Source of the DNA: Ruminiclostridium sp.
Lineage (GTDB): Bacteria; Bacillota; Clostridia; Oscillospirales; Ruminococcaceae
Direction: 5' to 3'
NCBI GenBank assembly: GCA_045579625.1
Contig: JAZNMN010000017.1
Span: forward strand, 163,002-227,001
Length of the DNA: 64,000 nucleotides
Shown: positions 8,889 through 17,096 of the stretch, piece by piece
Position numbering within the stretch: position 1 is the stretch's first letter
How the letters are laid out: each line of letters opens with the position of its first letter
Notes under the pieces: generated by a model
Told to the model about the DNA's origin: nothing
The model's input: the letters and a program-made list of their open reading frames with translations, nothing else
Database searches by the model: none
Made by a program: the position numbers and the translations under genes

Positions 8889-9794
8889 ATGAAAAAAATA
8901 CTGCCGGCTATTATCGCTTTGGCAGGCATATTCTCCGCAATAGCCGCTGTGCTGTACAGAGTCTTTCTTTATGCCGATATGGAGAAATTTCCCGGAAAAA
9001 TGGAGCCTGAGGATGAAAAATGGCTTAAAAATTGCGGTAAAAAGAACATTTATCTTACTTCCTCCGACGGCTTATTTCTTCACGGCTACGCAATTGAAAA
9101 TACAGTCAAAAATACAGCAAGCCCCGCTAAAAAATGGGTAATCGCCGTTCACGGATACGACGGGCGCTCCGATTATATGGCAGTATATGCCCGAAAATTC
9201 ACAGAAAAAGGTTATAACGTGCTTTTGCCCGACCTGAGAGGCTTCGGATTGAGCGAGGGGAAGGAAATAACTATGGGACATCGTGAAAAGGACGATATAA
9301 TCCTGTGGATAAATAAGCTGATTGATGATTACTCGGCAGAAGAAATAATTCTTTTCGGAATTTCAATGGGCGCCGCTACAGTTATGCTTGCTTCGGGAGA
9401 AAAGCTTCCCGATAATGTAAAATGCATTATCGAGGACGCAGGCTATAGCTCTGTAAAGGAAGAATTCGAGCATAACATCAGAAGAATTATTCATATTCCG
9501 CCGTATCCTGTGCTATGGTTTGTTGATGTGATATCACGGCTTAAAAAAGGATGGAGCGTATTAAAGGATGCGGACTGCATAGAAGCGGTAAAGCGTAATA
9601 AGCTCCCCATATTGTTTATACACGGAAGCTGTGATGATTTTGTGCCATTTGAAATGCACGACAAGCTTTATAATGCTTCAGCCTCCGAGAAAAAAGAAAA
9701 GCTTATAGTATACGGTGCAAGACATATCGAAAGCGTTAGAATTGACGAGGAATTATACTGGAATAAAATTTTCAGCTTTATTGATAAATACTGA
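8889..9794 (+). CDS. Alpha/beta hydrolase with N-terminal TM/signal anchor
   Basis: HGY, PDLRGFGLSEG, GISMGAA nucleophile elbow, HGSCDDFVP, GARH. Start uncertain (8877 or 8889). Confidence 0.85.
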   Translation: MKKILPAIIALAGIFSAIAAVLYRVFLYADMEKFPGKMEPEDEKWLKNCGKKNIYLTSSDGLFLHGYAIENTVKNTASPAKKWVIAVHGYDGRSDYMAVYARKFTEKGYNVLLPDLRGFGLSEGKEITMGHREKDDIILWINKLIDDYSAEEIILFGISMGAATVMLASGEKLPDNVKCIIEDAGYSSVKEEFEHNIRRIIHIPPYPVLWFVDVISRLKKGWSVLKDADCIEAVKRNKLPILFIHGSCDDFVPFEMHDKLYNASASEKKEKLIVYGARHIESVRIDEELYWNKIFSFIDKY

Positions 9795-9803
9795 GATATT
9801 TTT

Positions 9804-9838
9804 ATTAGTCGGCTCTTGATTGAGTCGGCTAATTTTTA
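9804..9838 (+). terminator. Intrinsic terminator of the hydrolase gene
   Basis: 12-bp stem ATTAGTCGGCTC/GAGTCGGCTAAT (two G-U pairs) followed by a T-tract. Confidence 0.7.
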
Positions 9839-9851
9839 TGTTATATTTCGA

Positions 9852-9879
9852 ATTGCGTAGTTTATACAGAACAAGCAAT
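9852..9879. other. Degenerate 28-bp 11-6-11 recombinase-type site (site A)
   Basis: ATTGCGTAGTT-TATACA-GAACAAGCAAT; shares AATTGCGTA with site B and has outer ATTGC...GCAAT symmetry over exactly 28 bp. Confidence 0.45.
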
Positions 9880-9880
9880 A

Positions 9881-9909
9881 TTGCAGAAAACAATGAAATA
9901 TGCTATAAT
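9881..9909 (+). promoter_or_regulatory. SigA-type promoter of the recombinase gene
   Basis: TTGCAG-17 nt-TATAAT with an extended -10 TG. Confidence 0.7.
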
Positions 9910-9952
9910 AAGGGGAAAGAGATAAGAAGCCCCTTATTTAAAAATATAGATA

Positions 9953-9980
9953 ATTGCGTAAAATAAAAATTTTACGAAAT
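9953..9980. other. Candidate dif-like tyrosine recombinase site (site B)
   Basis: ATTGCGTAAAA-TAAAAA-TTTTACGAAAT: 11-bp arms, 10/11 inverted identity, 6-bp spacer; 38 bp upstream of the recombinase ATG. Confidence 0.6.
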
Positions 9981-10018
9981 AAAGGGAAGCGTTAAAACCT
10001 GAATGGAGGCAAACAATT

Positions 10019-11008
10019 ATGAAATTTAACGATTGTCCTGGATATCTTCAGGAATACCTCAATTATATCGAAACAATTAAAATGCGCTCAGCATTAACAG
10101 TAAAAAATTATTATTCGGATTTAAAGCTGTTTCTGAGGTTTCTTAAGATTGGAAACAAATCAGTTTCCGAAGAAGAATTTTCTAAGATTACAATTTCAGA
10201 TGTTTCTGAACAAGCTGTCAGAAATGTTACTCTCAATGATTTGTTGTCGTTTCTTTCTTATACAGCCTCTGAGCGCGAGAATCATTCAAAGGCACGTGCT
10301 CGTAAGGCTGTTGCATTAAGACAATTTTTCAAGTATCTTACTGTAAAAAAAATGTGGTTTGATGTAAGTCCTGCACAGTATCTTGAGCTTCCGTCGCCGA
10401 AAACCTCTCTTCCTAAGTACCTTACTATTGAACAGGCCTCCGCCTTACTTAAAACCTGCGCTGATTTTAAAAGCTGGGCCGATTACCGTGATTACTGCAT
10501 TATTACCTTTTTTCTTAATTGCGGAATGAGACTTTCGGAATTGGTGCAGATTAACGTAAACGATTACATAGAGACTGTAGCAGGGGGAGTTCAGACGCGT
10601 TTTATAAAAGTTCTCGGTAAAGGCAGTAAGGAGCGTATAATATACCTGAATAATGCCTGTACAGACGCATATCACAGCTATATAAGCGTAAGACCCGATA
10701 CAAGCGATAAAGCGCTATTTATAAGCTCGAGAGGTACACGCATATCCAACCGCCGTGTAGAACAGATTATCGAAGAAAAGCTTAAGCTTTCAGGCCTTAG
10801 CGGAATGGGCTTTTCCGTTCATAAGCTCCGCCATACGGCAGCCACGCTTATGTATCAGAACGGCGTCGATGTGCGAGTTCTTAAGGAGGTTCTCGGTCAC
10901 GAAAATCTCGATACAACACAAATTTATACACACGTCGCCAACGAACAGCTTCGTACAGCCATAGAACAGAATCCCCTTTCAGATATTACTGCGAAAAAAG
11001 TAAAATAA
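10019..11008 (+). CDS. xerC: Tyrosine recombinase, XerC/XerS-like chromosomal type
   Basis: 329 aa with SAM-like N-terminal domain and intact catalytic set GMRLSEL (R), GKGSKER (K), HKLRH (HxxR), LGHENLDTTQIY (H, Y). No mobile-element cargo nearby. Symbol is family-level. Confidence 0.85.
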   Translation: MKFNDCPGYLQEYLNYIETIKMRSALTVKNYYSDLKLFLRFLKIGNKSVSEEEFSKITISDVSEQAVRNVTLNDLLSFLSYTASERENHSKARARKAVALRQFFKYLTVKKMWFDVSPAQYLELPSPKTSLPKYLTIEQASALLKTCADFKSWADYRDYCIITFFLNCGMRLSELVQINVNDYIETVAGGVQTRFIKVLGKGSKERIIYLNNACTDAYHSYISVRPDTSDKALFISSRGTRISNRRVEQIIEEKLKLSGLSGMGFSVHKLRHTAATLMYQNGVDVRVLKEVLGHENLDTTQIYTHVANEQLRTAIEQNPLSDITAKKVK

Positions 11009-11021
11009 TAGTAAAAACTAC

Positions 11022-11050
11022 TTGATTTTTATTCGTTAATGTATTATAAT
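11022..11050 (+). promoter_or_regulatory. SigA-type promoter of tyrA
   Basis: TTGATT-17 nt-TATAAT. Confidence 0.6.
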
Positions 11051-11101
11051 ATAAATACACTTTACTCTTTAAAGCGATAAAATTTTAAGGATGGTTTTTA
11101 T

Positions 11102-11953
11102 ATGAATATTGCAGTAATCGGTTTAGGTCTTATCGGAGGTTCCTTCTGTAAAGCTATAAAGAAGAATACCTTCCACCACGTTTTCGGAATCGATAATAAC
11201 AAGGAAACTATAAAAAAAGCTCTTGAATGCGGAGCTATAGATGAAGAAATAGGCGTTGAAAGGCTTAATGAAGCCAATCTTACCATAATCTGCCTTTATC
11301 CCGAGGCTATCGTTGACTTTGTAAAAGCAAATGCCGACTGCTTCAAAAAAGGCTCTATTGTTATTGATTCCTGCGGTGTAAAGGAGTATATAGTAAACGA
11401 ATGTACACCCGTTCTTGATGAAAAAGGCGTAATCTTCGTCGGTACCCACCCTATGGCAGGTCGTGAATTTTCGGGCTTTGATTATTCTATGGATAATCTC
11501 TTTGACGGCGCAAGCTTTATTATCACACCTTCGGAGAATACTCCCGAAATTGCTGTAGATCTTCTCCAGACTCTTGCAGGAAGCATAAAATTTGGCAAGG
11601 CTGTTGTATCTACGCCTAAAAAACACGACGAGGTTATCGCTTATACCTCACAGCTTGCCCACGTAGTTTCAAACGCTTATGTAAAGAGTCCCGTTATGCT
11701 GAATTACGACGGCTTTTCCGCAGGAAGCTTCCAGGACCTTACACGAGTTGCCAAGCTTAACGAATATATGTGGTCATCCTTATTTATGTGCAATAAGGAG
11801 GCTCTCTTAAGAGAAATCGACTGCATTTTAAACAGTATTACAGAGTACCGTGACGCACTTATAGAAAACGACAACGAAAAGCTTATTTCAATCCTTCGCG
11901 ACGGTCGTGTTCTTAAGGAAAAGAGTCTGCTTTTATATAACAGCGAAAAATAA
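11102..11953 (+). CDS. tyrA: Prephenate dehydrogenase
   Basis: GLGLIGGS Rossmann motif, HPMAGRE, HD..IAYTSQLAH, GSF.DLTRVA. Confidence 0.9.
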   Translation: MNIAVIGLGLIGGSFCKAIKKNTFHHVFGIDNNKETIKKALECGAIDEEIGVERLNEANLTIICLYPEAIVDFVKANADCFKKGSIVIDSCGVKEYIVNECTPVLDEKGVIFVGTHPMAGREFSGFDYSMDNLFDGASFIITPSENTPEIAVDLLQTLAGSIKFGKAVVSTPKKHDEVIAYTSQLAHVVSNAYVKSPVMLNYDGFSAGSFQDLTRVAKLNEYMWSSLFMCNKEALLREIDCILNSITEYRDALIENDNEKLISILRDGRVLKEKSLLLYNSEK

Positions 11954-11965
11954 TCAAGGAGATAT

Positions 11966-12517
11966 ATGAGTAAAAAAAAGAATAATATTGCCTTTAATGT
12001 AGCTTTCTGCGGCATAATTTCGGCTATGGCTGTGATTATAATGTTCGGAAGCCTTATCCCTTCCCTCGCCTACGCAGTCCCTGCTGTAGCGGGGATTCTT
12101 ATCTGGACTGTATGCGAGCAGATAAATTACAAATGGGCCCTGCTTTCCTACGGAGCCGTATCGCTCCTTTCCTTTATGCTTATACCCGAAATGGAAGCTA
12201 ATCTTTTCCTTATCTTCTTTTTCGGCTATTACCCTACCCTGCGTTTCGTTCTCGAAAAGATTAAGAATAAGGTACTGCGCTTTATAATTAAGCTTTCTGT
12301 TTTTAATGTGGCAGTAGTTATAGCTTATAATATCCTTGTTGTTCTCCTTTCGGCGGAACAGATGCTCGAAGGCCTTGAGGATTTCGGGCAGTATGCGGTA
12401 TATGTATTCTGGGGTGTGGGAAATATAGCCTTTGTTGTATATGAATTTTGTCTTTCCGCAATAAAGGAATTTTACGTTAAAATTCTTAAGCCTAAGCTTA
12501 ACCGTAAGCTGAAATAA
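11966..12517 (+). CDS. Hypothetical multi-pass membrane protein
   Basis: 183 aa with about 5-6 hydrophobic segments; AAGGAG RBS; 12 nt after tyrA. Confidence 0.75.
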   Translation: MSKKKNNIAFNVAFCGIISAMAVIIMFGSLIPSLAYAVPAVAGILIWTVCEQINYKWALLSYGAVSLLSFMLIPEMEANLFLIFFFGYYPTLRFVLEKIKNKVLRFIIKLSVFNVAVVIAYNILVVLLSAEQMLEGLEDFGQYAVYVFWGVGNIAFVVYEFCLSAIKEFYVKILKPKLNRKLK

Positions 12518-12533
12518 AATTACATTTATAGAA

Positions 12534-12571
12534 AAGTAATCCCGTCATTTTGTATGACGGGTTTATTACTT
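12534..12571. terminator. Bidirectional terminator
   Basis: CCCGTCAT/ATGACGGG stem extended by AAGTAAT/ATTACTT, between convergent genes. Confidence 0.75.
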
Positions 12572-13049
12572 ATCTTTCATCAGTTATTATGTGCTCAATA
12601 TCACTGTGCTCCTTACTAAGATATTCCTTTAAAAAGCTTGGGAAAACCTTATATTTATCCAGCTCCTTTATCGGAATCCAATGCATATTCTCCTTTACTC
12701 CTACAGTATAACTGTCGCTGTTCAGCTGTTTTGTTCCTCTCGGCTTCATAAGGTAATAAAAGCATATTTCGTGACAATTAAGGCCCTTTAATACTCCCTC
12801 TGTTTCATAGAAAAAGTTTTCGTGAATAACCGCAAGACGGTCAATCTCATAATTTACGCCCGTTTCTTCGTAAACCTCACGCAGTACAGCCGCTTCCGCA
12901 GTTTCTCCTATATGAACACCGCCGCCTATTGAATAATAATAGCTGACAGTTTCATTTCCCGCCGCAAGAACACATCCGTCTTCAACGATTATAGCGGCCG
13001 CACGATATCTGAACCAATTTTTATCCTCTGTGAAACAACAATCAATCAT
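12570..13049 (-). CDS. NUDIX hydrolase
   Basis: Nudix box GGGVHIGETAEAAVLREVYEETG. Confidence 0.92.
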   Translation of the reverse strand: MIDCCFTEDKNWFRYRAAAIIVEDGCVLAAGNETVSYYYSIGGGVHIGETAEAAVLREVYEETGVNYEIDRLAVIHENFFYETEGVLKGLNCHEICFYYLMKPRGTKQLNSDSYTVGVKENMHWIPIKELDKYKVFPSFLKEYLSKEHSDIEHIITDER

Positions 13050-13082
13050 AATAATTAACCTTTCTCAATTTCATAACAGTCA

Positions 13083-13106
13083 AAGGCGGCTTGTAAAAGC
13101 CGCCTT
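13083..13106 (-). terminator. Terminator-like hairpin after the GH2 gene
   Basis: Perfect 10-bp stem AAGGCGGCTT/AAGCCGCCTT, 4-nt loop; T-tract is short. Confidence 0.65.
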
Positions 13107-13116
13107 AACCGTTATT

Positions 13117-16100
13117 TTATTCAAATCTGAACCATTCGAAATCAAACTTACTTCCGGGCATAAATACAAAGGAAATATCGCATTTTCCATCTATCCTGTC
13201 AAGGTCAAAATTCTGCTCCGAATAATCTTCGGTACAGAAGAATTCGATAAGCTGAGTCTGCTGAACTCCGTCCTCGCCGGTATATCTGAGCTGGATTGAA
13301 TTTACGTCGTTTGAAGTCCTGCCGTAAACGGAAATTCTTGTAGCGCCTTCACTGAAATTCATATCAGTGAAATTGATAAGGACATTATTACCGATATCGG
13401 TAATTCGTTTTCCGTCCTCCTTGAAGTCGTCGCCGTAAATTCCGTCATTATCGGAAGCGTACAGAGTCTCGTAAGCCTTGTTGGTTTCCTTGAATTCGAA
13501 ACCGCCTACGATAATTCCTGCGGAAAGTACAAAAGCGATAGATTTAGTTCCGCTTAACTTTTCGGACAGCAGGAATTCCTGGGGCTTGAAGCTGTCCCAG
13601 CAGCCGTTGTAAGCAAACCTTACTGTATCGATAAGGCGGCCGTTATCGTCGGGATTACCCTCCCATACCTCGATATCCACAGGCTCATTATCGCCGCAGT
13701 GGCCGCAATGAAGAATAAGCTTATCAGTACCTGTTTTACCGAAATCAACATCATCAAAGCCGATTACAGTTCTCTCTCTTATTCCGCTTACAGCACCTCT
13801 CTGAACGATATTGAGCGTCTTGTTGCTGAAGGTATAAAGGCTCGAAGAAATGAACTTATAGGGATTAAGGGAAGCGGAGCCGAAGCCTTCGTTCACCATA
13901 GCCACATCAGAAATAATCTGCGGGATACTGCCGCCGTTACAGCAGAATGCACGGATAAAATAATTACCATCGCCCTTCGCCGTTACCTTAACGCCGTTTT
14001 CCGTCTTTTCAAGCTCCGAAAGATTAACCTCAACACCGTTAACAAGGACACATTTATATTCAATATCCTTATAATCGGAATTATCGGGAAGAAGCTTAAC
14101 GGTTATTGCCGTATCGGGATTATCGGGAGTAAGGGTTGTAGCTCCTGTAAAAAGCTCAAGCTTTCTCGTAGGAATTTCGGGAATATATTCCTTAGCTGTG
14201 AAGGGATAATACTGCTCAACGACGGAAACACCCTCGGGACGTTCACAGGATAATGAGGTAAGAGTGATTTCTCTTGCAGTAAGTCCCTTACCTTCGATTT
14301 TAACGTTTATTTCGCCGCACATAAAGGTGGACTGGATAATAGCCACAAGCTTTCCGCTGAAAAGCCTTCTGTTGTCGCCCTTATAGCTGTCATAGTCGGT
14401 GCTGTCGCCGTTGTCAAGACCTACAAGGCGCGCAGGGCCGTTTACCGTTACCTTAACTCTGTTTCTTGCGTTAGCTACGAAATATCCGTTCATATCGAGA
14501 GCGGAAATCTCTATGAAAATAAGGTCTCTGCCGTCTGCCGTCATAATATATTTATCAGGAACAGCGTCAAGCTTAACTGCATTACCGTAAGAAGAAATGC
14601 TGTCCTTTACAACGGAATTACCCTCGTCATCAAAAGCCTCGGCGACAAGAGTACCCCTCTTGAAGGGTATTTTCCATTCGCAATGGAGCGAATCACCCTT
14701 TTCGAAATCAACAGTCTTTCTTCCGAGAGAAACGCCGTTAAAGGAAAGCTCAACCTCCTTAAGATTCGAATAGGTATATACTGTTATTTCCTGGCCGATA
14801 TTGAAATCCCAGCAAGGAAGAATATGAACGAAGGGATCCTCCTCGGGAGAAACCCAGTAGGATTTATAAAGATAATATGCTTCCTTCGGTAAGCCTGCCG
14901 TATCAACAATACCGAAATAGGAATTTTTCGTGCTGTAAGGGGTCGGCTCGCCTATATAGTCGAATCCCGTCCATACAAACTGACCGCCGCAGTAAGGCCT
15001 GTCGCGATCCTCGATAAGAGCCTTTTCCTGATTTTTTCCCCAGCCTACAACGCTGTTGCCCATATCTGAACACTGCATATCATCGTGGGTAAGGATAGAG
15101 CTTTCTGCAGGAAGGTGATAAATGCCTCTCGAACGGACTGTGGAAGCGGTTTCGCTTCCGTATATGAACCAGTCGGGATGCTCCTCGTGGTGAGCGTCGT
15201 ACATATCCTCGGTATAATTATAACCCGAAAGCTTAATATAGTCGGCTACCTTCTGTGCATTCTCCCATCTCATATAATTTGAGCCGATTGTGCAGAAGGC
15301 ATTCTGATATTTATCGTGAATACGAACCTCGTCGCATAGCATTTTTGCCACTTCGAGACCGCGTTCGCTTTTATGAGTATCGAGAATTTCGTTACCTATA
15401 CTCCACATAATCACACAGGGAGCGTTTCTGTCACGCTGAATCCAGCTTTTTACGTCATCCTTGTATTTTTCGGGGAAAAATCTTGCATAGTCATACTCGG
15501 TCTTGGGAAGCTCCCACATATCGAAGGCTTCGCTTACGATAAGAATACCCATTTCATTACATAAGTCGATAAGCTCACGTGCAGGCATATTATGAGAGGT
15601 TCTTATAGCGTTGACGCCGAAGCTTTTAAGAATCTTGAGCTGTCTTTTTATAGCGTATTTATTTACGGCAGCACCTAAAGCGCCAAGGTCGTGATGCATA
15701 CAAACGCCCTTGAGCTTTGTTCTTTCGTTATTGAGCAGGAAGCCTTCGTCGGGACTGAATTCAACAGTTCTGAAGCCGAAGGTATCCTCTGTTCTGTCCT
15801 TAACCTCGCCGCCGACTATAACCTCGGAAACGATTCTGTAGCATACGGGAGACTTAACGTCCCAGAGCTTCGGATTCTTCGCATAAAACTGCGCTCTTGT
15901 ACGGTTGTTCTTTATTTCTGCGGTTACTTCGGCAACAGAGCTTCCTGCCGAAGTAAGTACAGTATGCTTTACTGTTCCTTCGTTAACCGAGGTCTCCGCT
16001 TCTACCGTAACAAGCCACTTTTCTCCGTCAAATTTCGGAGATACATATACGCCGTTTTCAAGAATATGCTTCTTGTCGGTCTGTCTGAGCCATACATTTC

Positions 16101-16506
16101 TGTATATACCCGCCCCCGAATACCAACGTGAATTAGGTGCCTCATAGCGTACTCTTACGTAAATTTCGTTATTGTCGTCCTGAAGATACGGGGTAATATC
16201 TATACTGAAGCAGGAATATCCGTATTCCCTGTTTCCTGCCTCAATACCGTTTACGTATACGGTACTGTTCATATATACACCGTCAAAACGAAGATAATAC
16301 ACGTCGTTATCGGTAAGACTGTTTATGTAGAATTCCTTTCTGTACCAACCGTCTCCCGACTTATAAAGATTATTCGTATCTCCGATAAGCCAGTCGTGGG
16401 GTACTTCAACATCATACCAGTTATTTTCCAGCAGTACATCGGAAAGCTCCGAGCCGTTATCCTTAAGTAAAAACTTCCAGTTATCGTTAAAAAGTAATTC
16501 AGACAT
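13117..16506 (-). CDS. Glycoside hydrolase family 2 (beta-galactosidase-like) with DUF4982/Ig and C-terminal CBM6-like modules
   Basis: FDGVYMNSTVYVNG, SRWYSGAGIYR, GVCMHHDLGALG, IRTSHN, WSIGNE (acid/base), YGSET (nucleophile). No signal peptide. Confidence 0.92.
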   Translation of the reverse strand: MSELLFNDNWKFLLKDNGSELSDVLLENNWYDVEVPHDWLIGDTNNLYKSGDGWYRKEFYINSLTDNDVYYLRFDGVYMNSTVYVNGIEAGNREYGYSCFSIDITPYLQDDNNEIYVRVRYEAPNSRWYSGAGIYRNVWLRQTDKKHILENGVYVSPKFDGEKWLVTVEAETSVNEGTVKHTVLTSAGSSVAEVTAEIKNNRTRAQFYAKNPKLWDVKSPVCYRIVSEVIVGGEVKDRTEDTFGFRTVEFSPDEGFLLNNERTKLKGVCMHHDLGALGAAVNKYAIKRQLKILKSFGVNAIRTSHNMPARELIDLCNEMGILIVSEAFDMWELPKTEYDYARFFPEKYKDDVKSWIQRDRNAPCVIMWSIGNEILDTHKSERGLEVAKMLCDEVRIHDKYQNAFCTIGSNYMRWENAQKVADYIKLSGYNYTEDMYDAHHEEHPDWFIYGSETASTVRSRGIYHLPAESSILTHDDMQCSDMGNSVVGWGKNQEKALIEDRDRPYCGGQFVWTGFDYIGEPTPYSTKNSYFGIVDTAGLPKEAYYLYKSYWVSPEEDPFVHILPCWDFNIGQEITVYTYSNLKEVELSFNGVSLGRKTVDFEKGDSLHCEWKIPFKRGTLVAEAFDDEGNSVVKDSISSYGNAVKLDAVPDKYIMTADGRDLIFIEISALDMNGYFVANARNRVKVTVNGPARLVGLDNGDSTDYDSYKGDNRRLFSGKLVAIIQSTFMCGEINVKIEGKGLTAREITLTSLSCERPEGVSVVEQYYPFTAKEYIPEIPTRKLELFTGATTLTPDNPDTAITVKLLPDNSDYKDIEYKCVLVNGVEVNLSELEKTENGVKVTAKGDGNYFIRAFCCNGGSIPQIISDVAMVNEGFGSASLNPYKFISSSLYTFSNKTLNIVQRGAVSGIRERTVIGFDDVDFGKTGTDKLILHCGHCGDNEPVDIEVWEGNPDDNGRLIDTVRFAYNGCWDSFKPQEFLLSEKLSGTKSIAFVLSAGIIVGGFEFKETNKAYETLYASDNDGIYGDDFKEDGKRITDIGNNVLINFTDMNFSEGATRISVYGRTSNDVNSIQLRYTGEDGVQQTQLIEFFCTEDYSEQNFDLDRIDGKCDISFVFMPGSKFDFEWFRFE

Positions 16507-17071
16507 ATAAAACTCCTTGATCGTTTCCGTGAATCAGTTCTCTTCTGGTAAAATCCGTAGGATTCAATACAATAATCGTCCGTCCCTGCTTCATTGCATA
16601 ATTTACAGTTGACATAGTACCGCCCTTTTTGCCATCGTATACTGCAAGAATATACTGAGCGGTCTCAACAAGGAATCGGTTTCTTTTAGCCATACAGCCT
16701 GTTTTATATTCTTCGTCGGTAATATTCGTAATTCCCGAGCAGGATTTAAGAATACGTTCGTAGGTTATCTTATCCTCGGCACTCCAGCCGTTGGTCTGAT
16801 TTATGCAGGGTATTGCCGCAAAAAGATGGATATTATATTTAAGCTGAAGCTCGATTACGATTTCGGCGCATAAAAGATCTATTCCCTGCGCCATACCTGT
16901 CTGAAAATAGCATACGCCCTTTTCAATAAGCTCCTCCATCTCTTCCTTTAAGCAATTATAAAGCCATTTATAGCCCTCGGAGGTCTTATCGTTAAGAACA
17001 GGCAGCTTCGAAGGTCTGTAACCTGTAAAGGAGCAGGTATTACATATATCGGGAATACTGTCCAGTTCCAA
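16499..17071 (-). CDS. SLOG-superfamily protein, DUF1273/YspA-like
   Basis: FTGYRP (G.RP motif), GMAQGIDL, AAIPC..Q, RNRFLV, AVYDG..GGT..TV.YA. Confidence 0.85.
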   Translation of the reverse strand: MELDSIPDICNTCSFTGYRPSKLPVLNDKTSEGYKWLYNCLKEEMEELIEKGVCYFQTGMAQGIDLLCAEIVIELQLKYNIHLFAAIPCINQTNGWSAEDKITYERILKSCSGITNITDEEYKTGCMAKRNRFLVETAQYILAVYDGKKGGTMSTVNYAMKQGRTIIVLNPTDFTRRELIHGNDQGVLYV

Positions 17072-17096
17072 AATAATACCGCCTTTCCGTGAATAA

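Noticed and set aside
10019-11008. Recombinase as integrase of a prophage, ICE or integron
   Set aside because: Flanked by housekeeping and sporulation genes; no excisionase, relaxase, phage genes, att duplication or tRNA target; lacks any obvious IntI-specific insertion; length and motifs fit a chromosomal Xer.
13699-16147. Several + strand ORFs (63-184 aa) within the GH2 gene
   Set aside because: Antisense shadow frames of a well-supported gene.
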